From Welwitschia mirabilis (Eukaryota), in NCBI GenBank assembly GCA_051453625.1, contig JBOZIK010000001.1, positions 26,527,180 through 26,576,760 on the forward strand: DNA of 49,581 nucleotides. Reading direction: 5' to 3'. Position numbers and translations under genes: made by a program. How positions within the stretch are numbered: the stretch's first letter is position 1; each line of letters starts with the position of its first letter. This document shows, piece after piece, positions 39,163 to 49,581 of the stretch. The notes under the pieces are model-generated. The model had not been told where the DNA came from. It worked only from the letters and a program-made list of their open reading frames with translations, and ran no database searches.

Positions 39163-40300
39163 ATTTAGTTTATATTTTTTCTTGTGGGATTTTAAAACAA
39201 GTTTGAAAATTTTATTTAATTCATTTTATTTTATTTGTTAAAATGATTTATTACCAAGTTTGATAAATCATGTTTGTATCATTTATTAAATAAATAACAA
39301 TTAGGATAACATTAACATTGTTTTGTCCAATAACATTTTAAGAAGCAATAAGGAGTAAAGAAGATTTTCATATTTCATTATGAAGGAAACCATGTCTTCG
39401 TATTTTATTTTAGCCTTTTGACGTGATATTTTAATGGTAATAAATTTTTCCTTCATTAAGTAAGAATAACATGGTATTAATTATGTTATTAACAACCTAG
39501 TTTCATAGATTCATCACTAGGTGTTTTGATAGATGTTTATAGAATATTTGTAACATACATGTTTTTTATATTTTGTTAATGTTAGTTTGTGTGGTTTCTT
39601 ATTCTACAATATTTAATTTTAATGTTTAAATTTTTATATGAATTTTATTCCTACTTCTTAATTCTTCATAGTATCTTGGGGTTTCATTAGTAAATAGTTA
39701 TGCCTTCAGCTTGTTACTCTTGATTAAATGATTCTAGTTTAGTTCTTTATTTTTATCAACTAGAATTACAAGGCACTAATTTCAATGAGATCATATTTAG
39801 TTTTTGATGAATGACAAGTTATAAAAAACTATAATAACTAACTTCTCCTAAGGTTGGCTACTTCAACTTTTTCATCTTTGATTCCTTCTAATTAGATGTA
39901 AATGATCTTACCTCATTTCCTCTCATACGTTTCCAATTTAGATGAATTTTTATAATGTTAATTTAAATTAGAACTTTGATTATTACTTAAGAATGCTTAT
40001 CAATTTTAGTTAATAAAACAAATTAATTTATTTTTATTTATTAATAATTACAACCATCTATCCTGACTGATTACTATAATAGTAAAGCCAAGACCCCCTA
40101 AACTGAGGGCTTTTATGTTTAATTCCCTACTTTTGTAGGGAATCATAGTTGAATTTTGGATGTTAAAGTACTACTAGATGTTTGTACCACATAATGTTCC
40201 AACCTTTTGTTACCTCTAAAAACATAGTTATAATGGTCTACTTATAATTTTTGAAACTTTGTTAAAAAAATTTCTCTTCTAGTATGACTTTTTGTTTTAA

Positions 40301-40452
40301 GATTAAAATGTTGAGCTTTACTTTAGCTCCTATGTCTCATGATTAAAATGTTAAGCTTTGTTTTATTTACTTTGTCTCTAGATTAAAACCTAGAGATCTA
40401 TTTTGGCTACTATGTATTAGGATTAAAAACTTAATCTATGCTACCATGTTAG
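40301..40452. repeat. 40-bp minisatellite, about four degenerate units
   Basis: gattaaaa begins at 40301, 40341, 40381 and 40421. Units share ..gct(a/c)ctatgt.. Confidence 0.85.
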
Positions 40453-41179
40453 AAATTTATGCGCAGAAGTGATCTAATACAGTGTTGGAATAGTGGCTAT
40501 GCTCGAATATCATATTATATCTTAATGTATAGAAATTAATATGCAAGTTTACTTTAAATGATGTAGAATATTAATATATTTCACAAATAGAAAAAAAGAA
40601 AGAAATAAAGTAATGAAATTTAAATTTTTAATAAATTAAGAGTATCATTTAATAATTTAATAGTTAATGATAAAGAATGATATATAAATATAATTTATTA
40701 TTTTATCACAAGATAAATAATACAACACAATGTTTTACTTGATTTCAGATAGGTGTTATTTGGAATTGATGCAAAAGATACTATGTTAAAAATTGATATG
40801 GCTTTGATACATGTTATAACTTGATGTACAAAATTGAAACAAGGATTAAGAATTCTCTATTCATATTAGAAGTTTATGCAAAATCAGATTGTGTAAAAGA
40901 TGTTTCTGTAAAAGTAGTTTAAGTAATTCACTAAAGATTCAAGTTAATTTATGATATTAGAGAAAAAGAAGTAAAAAGAGAAAACCAAACTTTATATTAT
41001 GTGAAATATTTAATAATGAACAATTATATAAGAAATAATGGAATAATAAATTATCATCATAATTAATGTTTCATGGTTATATTTAGGTGGTTGCTTAAGT
41101 CTTTCACTTAGGCTTGTTTAACTCTTAGTGTTTTATCAAATTTCTTCATATAATGTTATTTCCTCTTTTTCTACTTTAT

Positions 41180-43815
41180 AACATAAAGTAAATAACTCTC
41201 ATCTTTATGTCATGTTCTATTAGTAGGAAAGATTTTATCTTTTCGATATTAAATTAAACATTTTATTTCTTGTTTTATTAACAAAGCTAACAACTATATT
41301 ATCAATTATGTTAACTTACTAATACTCCCCTTTATTTTTAACTTGGTTTTATATTTTAGATCCTAATATTTTTTTTGAATTCTTCTATATTTTTATTGTT
41401 TTTCCTCTTATCATTTGTCTTCTCTTTTAATTAGTTTATCATTATAAATTTGCATTTATTTTACTAAATTCATCATCTTCAAAACCATTTCAAAAATGCT
41501 TCAATCTTCACTATTTCATCTTGGAAATAAGTAAGATAGAAAAATTTATAAAAATAAGTTACCTTTACATTTTTAAGTATCTTGTTTCATGTTGCTGTAT
41601 TATTTTTACGGTTAACCATTTTTATTACTTCATCTTAGTTCAATAATTTAAATTTTATATGTTTTATCTTAACTAGCAAATGATTTCTTTATTAATTCCT
41701 ATTGCTTTCTTCTTCAAATATGACTTTTTTAAAAAGAATTAAAGTATTTTATTTGTATTAGAGCTTATCTTTTACCTAGATGAAGTTATGAATTAACACA
41801 AATGTAAATACTTACTCAACTTGTTTTCCATCACTTCAAAAAAAATTGAATTTTTATACACCTATAGTAAAAAATAAAAAAATTATCAATAAAAAATTTT
41901 GTTTAATATAATAAAATTAAGTTTTTAATTTTAGAAAATGATTTATAATGTGTTCAAGTTTACTTAGTTCATCAGGTTAGCTAGTTTTCTTGGATTAGCT
42001 AGTTCATTCATTTTCCTAGTACTTTATTTAGGTTTCTCAAGTTATAACTTAGGTGCACAAGTATAAGGTGATCTACTTATACTAGGACATGGGTTCAACA
42101 TAATTATTAGAAAAAAAAATATGTTAATGATTCTTTGTAATTCATTTATTTCTTTGGCTTTTAGGTCCCTCTCTTAAGAGATGTTATTCTTCTTTCCTTC
42201 AAATCAAGAAAATTACCACTATGTTTCACTAAGTTACTACTAGAGTACATCTTTATGTTTATTTATTAAGTTACCACTAGAGTTCTTTATTAGCTTTCTT
42301 TACTTTTACTATTTATTATTTATACTAGTGTGTTATGATTAATATCATGATGAGCGATTACCATCAAATGTTTTTGATATGTCATTATATTGTAAAGGAT
42401 GGCCAAGTTCCTATATTTTACATGGGATTCATTAAATATTATTATCCTTGTATCACTATGATATTCACGATACATGACATTATTTTTAGTTATTAATTTA
42501 AAGAAATAATTTTTATCTTTATATTATGTTTTTCCAATGCGTAAGGTTACATATTTTGGATATGAAATCAAACACATTATTTTCTATTTCATTAATAAAG
42601 TTAATAGTTATGTTATAACTTAGGTTAAATTAATGATAGTCCCCTTTAATTTTAATTTAGTTTTAAATTTTTAGACTCTAATATTTAATTTTAAATTCAT
42701 CTAAATTATTCTCATCTTTTATCTTCTAATTTGTCTCCTTTTTTAATTGTTTTGTTATTCTTCATTTATGTCTTTCTTATTGAGTTTGTCATTTTTGTGA
42801 CTATTTTAGAGCTACTTTATTTTTATGGCTTCATCTTAGGAATAAGTAGGATAGCAAAGTTTAAAAAACTTCATCACTTCTAATCATTTAACTAACTTAT
42901 TTCATATTAAGGTATTATTAAGTGGCTAGACATTTTTCTTGCTTCATCTTAATTTAATACTTTAAGTTTAATGTGCTTTATCTTAAACTAGTAATTTTTT
43001 TAGTAATTCATATTATTTACTTCTTAAAAGATGAATTATTTAAAAAATTTAAGTATTCATTTCTTATCAGATCTTATTTTCTCACTAGATAAAGTTATAA
43101 ATTAATCTAAATATAAATACTTTGCATAACTTATTTTTTATTACACTAGCAAAAAATTGAATTTTTACAAGATAAACATAAAAGAAAAAATAAAACATAA
43201 CTTTTTAATGTAAAAAAATTAAATTAATAATATTAGTAGTTGGTTTATCATGTCCTTAAGTTTTTCCTAGCTTATCAATAGTTTGTTCACATGCTATCTT
43301 AGCTAGGTCAACTGGGTTATCTAGATTGGCTAGTTCATTAGATTTTTAATTTCTTTCTTTAGGTTTCTTAGACTGCTACTTAAGTAGTAAGTGATCAAGC
43401 TTCTTTTATTGGATTAGGACTTTAGCTCAATAAAATTCTTAAGCATGAAGCTTATTAATGGTACTTCATGCTTCATTGTATTAATTGAATTTTCATTCCT
43501 CTCTTAAGAGATATAGTTCTTTTTCCCTTCAATTTGAATGACTTTGGACTATGTTTGATTCAGTTATCACTAGAGTACATCTTTGTCTTAATTCATTAGG
43601 TTTCTATTAGAGTGCTTTACTATCTTGATTTATATCTATTATTTCTTCATTTTATTGGTTTATTATGATTAATACCATGTTTAGCATTACCATTTAATGT
43701 TCCTAGTACATCATTTATTATAAAGAATAATCAAGTGCTTGTATTTTTTATAGAATCCATAAAATGCTTACTTGTTATCCTTATAACATTAGGATTTCAA
43801 TGATGCATAACAACC
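41180..43815. repeat. Old direct tandem duplication, unit ~1.32 kb
   Basis: Colinear matches include tcccctttattttaa (41326/42640), aaaaaattgaattttta (~41841/43151), ctctcttaagagat (~42169/43499) and actagagtacatcttt (~42239/43569). Confidence 0.85.
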
Positions 43816-45530
43816 AACATATTTACATCCTTTATATGTAACATCCATTAAATGTGTGAAGTTTTTTAAGCCTTCACTATAATTAAACTTCTTTATGCTT
43901 ATACCTTTAATGAACATTTTATTAATACCCATTCCCCTTTGAGTGATATTTTTTGAACATTTCTCATGTAATTTATTTTATAAATGCATCAACATAAGAT
44001 TTAATAGACTTAAAATACTTGCACCCATGCACTTTAGAATATTATTATTATAATTTCCTTCAAGTTTCACCCCAAATTAATGCATTAAATAATAAAAAAG
44101 GATGGAATATATAGAAAATTAATAACATGCCATTAATTAAAAAAATCAATGTAGATATATTACAATTAAAGGTGAGGAAAATTAGGGAGTCATTTTAACA
44201 ACTACTTAACTATGAAGTTTGAATACTAAAAAAAATCCCATAATAATGTTAAATTTTTAAAAGTATGAGTAATTTAACATTATAATTGTTGAAACATGCC
44301 TTTAGTATAGCATGATAATACTCATGATGGATTTTTAAGAAAAATGAGAAATATTATTACGAATAGCAAGGTACTTCACAAGGGATAATAAGGGATAAAA
44401 CTTAGGATCAAATTTAATGCTATATGGCAGATTCCTTGTACCTTATTAAAATAGTAAAATAATAATAACATATCCTTTAAACCCTCCATGATGTGAAGTA
44501 TTTTAGATTTTACATCACATACATCTAATTAAAACAGAAACATATCTGCATTAATTTTGGAAACTATTTTAGAAGATGCTTAGAACATTACCTTTAACTA
44601 CATTAGACCAAAGTTGTAATTTCACTTGAAACAATGATCTAGAAAGTACTAGGATATCACATCTAGACTTCCAAGATTTAAATACGTAGCCTAAAAGTTT
44701 AATTAAAATACTTTTTATTGTTATAAGATCCACAAGCTAAATTAGTCATTAAATTTATTATTGTCATTGAAATATCATTATATTATAAAAAATTTATGCT
44801 ATAAATTTTTATTTTTAATTACTTTTCTTTGTATTATTCCTTCTTGTAATTTTTTGATAGTTAATCATGATCCTTAGAGTTGTGGTTATGTTAGTGCATA
44901 ATTTGTGGTTGCATTATTTTTATTGTTAAATAGTTATACCTTTGTAATTTAAAATGGAATTTATATTTATGAGGTGACTCATTTTTATTTTGAATGCATT
45001 GTTATGATACATATTAGAAACCCAGTGGCCTGGCAAGATAACAAAATCCTCACTACTTACATCTCTTCCACCATCTTCACCATCCTCTTTTATGATAGTG
45101 TCTCTTTATACTCTCATGTCCTTTTACATTCTTTACCCTCTATTATAATAGAACCTTCTTATTCTCTCATTTCATATTTTGAAAAAGGCTTTCCTATAAA
45201 ATCTTGATGAATTCGACTTGGATCTTAGAAGCCCTTAGACCTTAGATCTTTAGAAGTTTTTGAATTTTCATCTAAATTTTAAGTATGGATTTTGGATCAG
45301 TTTGTTCCTTGTTGATATTTAAATTATTTATTTTCTTGTATTTTCTTTCTACTTCATAATTTTTACATTCTTAGACCTTGTTGATATCTTGCATTTCAAT
45401 TAAAGTTAAATACCATGTGCTTAGGATTCTTTCATCTTATTCGACTTGAGTTTTGTGAGCCTTTATTGACCCATTTTGGTAAATGTTAAATTGCTTAAAA
45501 AAATTTAAAGATTAAAGGGAGTTCATGGAT

Positions 45531-46598
45531 TATTGCACTGCCAAGTTGTAGTTGTTTGATGAGGTTTTATAAGTTGTTTTACAGGACTTTTATGTAGGTT
45601 TAGGTGCAATTTTGAGGATTTTGGAGATATAAGAGGAAATCTCAAAAATGTGCAATTCTTACCCAAATTTAATGTATTAAAGGCACTTTCTAATACATAG
45701 AGCTTTAAAGAAGGATTGTTAACAAAATTAATATCTTCTGTTCAAGAAAATGATCAAAAAATAATGTCATCCCTTTCATCGTCCCCATGATAGGTAGGAT
45801 GATCACTGCTGATGTGGACTGCTAAATCACTACTAAGTCATCATTCTAAGTCATCTTTTTTAATGTGCTATAATCCCTATTATTGTTCAGATAATATTCT
45901 AGATGACACTAACCAAGTATGACAGTGACCTTTGATCTTTTCGTCCTTTTATTTATGAGTGCACCTAACCTTACCTACTATTTGTCTTTTTCTACTATGA
46001 GTTATTATAAATAAACCCTCTTTCGACTCTCCTTACCATTTTTATTGCACTAAAAATTCTTGTGACAGGAGATCGAAGGGTAAAAGATTCATCTTGAGTG
46101 TTACAGAAAGACATGCACTTGGTGGAGGGCTGTGTATCCTCTATTGAGACATGGTTATTTTTAACCAAGATGCTTGTTACTTTTTCTTAATATAAACCTT
46201 GTTTTATTTTCACATTTACATTGTAGATTTTCTGTTAATCCTTATAATCTATGTTGTTCTTAATTTGGTGATAATTTCTTGGGTGATATAGATTATCAAG
46301 CATAGCCTTTGTTAAGGCTGAAATTAAGTAGTATTAGTTCATTTTGTGTTCATCTAAATTAATTGCACTTTGAATTTGCATTGCATTTATTTATTTTCCT
46401 ATATTATTATTTATTTCTGGTTTCTATTCCATTTTGTAAAGCAACCTAAGTCTTATCTCATAGTTTTACATGTGAATATGATATTTTGAATCTACTTCTA
46501 CTCATACTAGTATGATGTATTATATAAGATATCTATTTATTTTATGAATTATAGAATCTTTTCAAACTTAATCACTTATACAAATACACACCACAACA
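45531..46598 (+). repeat. Family B LTR copy 3 (solo or 3' LTR)
   Basis: tattgcac...cacaaca termini, and shares ggagatcgaagggtaaaagattcatc..tgtatcctctattgag with the other copies. No PBS follows, and the flanks tggat / acaat do not match. Confidence 0.8.
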
Positions 46599-46699
46599 AC
46601 AATTCTCAAAAAAAATCTCATTGTCTTCTACCTGTGCCATCTAGAGAATCAGGTAGATGATGGAACTTGGAAAAAGTTTGTAAAAATAAAAATATTAGC

Positions 46700-47700
46700 C
46701 AAGAAAGTTAGGCTCATATATTATCATTAAGGTAATAGAATTTATTAAAAATCTTTAAAAATCAAAAAATGATAAGGAATTTATAATAATTAGGATGATG
46801 TTAAAAAAAACTAAAAACAAATGAAAAATAGAACTAAGGAAAACATACTAACTAGGTTGAAACTTATCAATGAAGACTAAATAAATGTGACTAAACTAAA
46901 CAAATAAATAAAATAAAGTATAGAACTCTAAAAGATACAAGGAACCTCATAAAAACTATGAAGCATAAAAGATTATCTCTTTAATTTTAATACTTAAAAG
47001 AAAATGATATGTCATGAATTACAGTAAGAAAACTACTAAATGATAAGGTCCTATGTGAAGATGAGAAAATATGAAAACAACTTTGAAATAACAAACTAAA
47101 AAATCAAAGAAAAAGCAGAACAAAAATGGGCACAAGGAACATGAAGAAGATTGCTTACCTATCCTAATTATAATCGAGTAAATTCCTATGGAAAACATCA
47201 TAAAGCTACTTAAGTAAATGCATAATAAAATGTATCAACTCCATAAAGTTTCACTTGAAAAGGCATTGATTATGATGATACCAAAGATCAAGTGCTAAGA
47301 ATAACGAATGATAAGATCAAAAGCTGCTTAACCTTCTCACACCCCAAAAACACATCCAGACCCTCAAAGGTGAAATGATCATGTGGGAATACTAAGAGTC
47401 TAAAAAACAAGTAATGCTTCTAATGACACTAGGAACACCACTTATCCTATAGCCTCAATGTTTATTGCAACTTTTTGCATGATCAGGGGATCGCCACTAC
47501 AATCAAAGAAGTAAGAACCTATGAAGCATAGACAACTAATCCCTTAATAGAATTCCCACAACTACCAACACTACCAAAAGTTTCTTTTAGAAAAATTTAC
47601 CACAATTTGGTAGGATATATCATGAACATGTATTTTTTAAGCATAAATACAATTAGGGTATGGCATTTTTGCCCCCTAAATAATTCCTACATGATCATAA
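46700..47700 (-). mobile_element. Fragment of an Athila-like 3' internal region with decayed extra ORF
   Basis: Minus-strand WEFY (~47545-47560) and HLIFG..SETLWS*YILLCIYLSKLYDV (~47195-47295), followed by T-rich non-coding sequence. Confidence 0.3.
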
Positions 47701-48394
47701 ACTCAAAAATACAATGATAAATAGGTAAGATAAAAGACAAAAAAAGAACATTCTTAAATAACCAAAGACCTCACATCATGGCAAAAAAGTACAATAACTA
47801 AGGCATCTTCCTTTAAAGTGAAGTTAATAAACATAGGAATGTTGTAACATTAGATGAATCTAATGTAATACTATTAAATTCCCAAGTATGAATATTAGTT
47901 ATGTAAACTTCATAAAGCAACACATAAGTTAAGTTTAAAAGATGATTAACTGAAATCATAATATTTACCAAATGAATAAGCTAAAAAATGATTCATACAA
48001 TGATAGGATAGAAGTCCTTATCATTGATAAGAACCTCTAAAACAAGTGCTTCTACCATGTTTAAGGTAGCATTATAATATTTTTTATATATTTTCAACCA
48101 TTATCTATTAACTAAGTATCCTTAGTTTCTAAGTTAAATAACTTAACAAAGATATTAGAATGTATTTTTTTTACAAGATAAGAACAAAACCATTTAGAGG
48201 TTAAATTGTTATTTAAAAAATGTACTCTAGTATTATATAAAAGGATAAGTTAACCAAGTTTAAACTTTTTATGAAGTAACTTTCTATCATGTTTGAACTT
48301 AGCTTGGGCTCTATAAATTAGTTGATAATGTATAATATGAGTATGTTTTTCATTAAGGTGATCTATTTAGACTAATTTTTGTTTAAGATTCTCA

Positions 48395-48620
48395 TGAAGA
48401 TCTACAAGATTAATTTGATGAAAAGCATAATAAGAGTTATAACACACATCAACAGGTAAAATATAAACTTTTCTGCACACAAGTTCATAAGGTTAAAAAT
48501 CAAGAGAGTTATGTCAAATATTACAGCAAGCTCAAAGAACATCATTAAGCCTAGAAGCCTAAGATTTTTTGTTAACAAAGGCAAGTTTTTATAACATTTT
48601 CTTAATTTTTCATTTGCAAT
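48395..48620 (+). pseudogene. Possible copia gag fragment
   Basis: DLQD*FDEK..HQQVKYKLF..NQESYVKYYSKLKE resembles the W.DL.ERF...Q...SV..YY.KLK gag pattern. No LTR or PBS was identified. Confidence 0.25.
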
Positions 48621-48851
48621 TTTAGCTTGACCATTAGTTTATGAATGATAAGTACAAGTACTCTGTGTTCTATTCTAATGGACAAAAGAAGTTTCTTAGA
48701 AAGTTCGTTTATAAAATGAGTTCATTAATTAATAATAATAATCCTAGAAAANNNNNNNNNNNNNNNNNNNNNNNNNNNNNNNNNNNNNNNNNNNNNNNNN
48801 NNNNNNNNNNNNNNNNNNNNNNNNNNNNNNNNNNNNNNNNNNNNNNNNNNN

Positions 48852-49581
48852 TCTGGTTTCTATTCCATTTTGTAAAGCAACCTAAGTCTTATCTCATAGT
48901 CTTTAATGTGAATATGACACTTCAGGTCTACCCCCACTCATACTAGTGTGATGTATTATGTAAGATATCTATTTATTTTATGAATGAAAGAATCATTTTG
49001 AACTTAAGCACTTGTACAAATACACATCGCAACATCTTGGTACCATTATAAAGGAAGGCTATCGAGGAGTATAAGAATTGTCATCATTCAGATAAGTATA
49101 TTGAACCTCTATTTAGTTATTTCTCTATGCAACATTGTATTTTATTAGGAGCTATAAGTTTTCTATGTGCAGTATTTTAGTTTTGGTTTTTTTGATTTTA
49201 GTTTTCTATAAAAATTTATGGTCATCCCCTATATTGTCTCCACTATGAATAGGATGACAGTGTGTGATTTTTATTCTTGGTTTTATTTTTGGATTACAAT
49301 TTTTTCTCAAATAAATTAGTTTTTGTTGTTNNNNNNNNNNGAATGACCAAGAGGATGATAGTCCTATTCTCTAAGTTTTCTATTTTCTATTTTCAGTTTT
49401 ATATCTATTTTTTATTTTTCTGATTTCTGTGTGTATCATCCCTTCTATTATTTCCATGACAGATAGGATGATAGTTTGTTATTTTTTAATCTATTTTCTG
49501 TTATTTACTATTTACAGGATGCTATAATATGATCAATATTGAGAAGAAATATCCGAGAGAAAGGCTACTGATAAAAAAGAA
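48852..49581 (+). mobile_element. Family B copy 4: 3' part of a 5' LTR (48852-49034), PBS and 5' UTR; runs off the right edge
   Basis: Aligns with 46416-46598 and ends cgcaaca. It is followed by PBS tcttggtaccattataaagga and a UTR homologous to copies 1 and 2. Confidence 0.8.

Noticed and set aside
40301..40452. Regularly spaced repeats as a CRISPR-like array
   Set aside because: Whole units are homologous with no unique spacers, the context is eukaryotic, and no cas genes are present.
26328..46598. Family B copies 2 and 3 as the two LTRs of one 20-kb element
   Set aside because: Flanks cttta and acaat do not match, and the two LTRs are much more diverged from each other than copies 3 and 4 are.

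Overview
Eukaryotic, almost certainly flowering-plant, gene-free heterochromatic scaffold with nine N-gaps. It is very AT-rich and strongly CpG-depleted. No intact protein-coding gene, RNA gene or CRISPR array is supported, and the ORF-track entries are fragments of decayed retroelement ORFs or chance ORFs. Bases 1-30 kb resolve into nested, heavily transition-mutated LTR retrotransposons. The core is a complete minus-strand Ty1/copia SIRE (Sirevirus)-type element (5543-25868) with both LTRs, a tRNA-Met PBS, gag, protease, integrase, RT, RNase H, an extra env-like ORF and multiple PPTs. It sits inside the LTR of an older Athila-like element and carries a non-autonomous Athila-like element (10787-16981) and a short-LTR copia derivative (19002-21465), which probably holds a further solo LTR. 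A second Athila-like family ('B') has four LTR copies (1719-2822, 26328-27827, 45531-46598, 48852-49034). The 31-45 kb interval is poorly explained. It contains a solo LTR, a ~1.32-kb tandem duplication, a 40-bp minisatellite, a triplicated palindromic motif and decayed exon-like segments. I found no convincing new biological system. All alignments and translations were done by eye, so boundaries not anchored on LTR termini are approximate.
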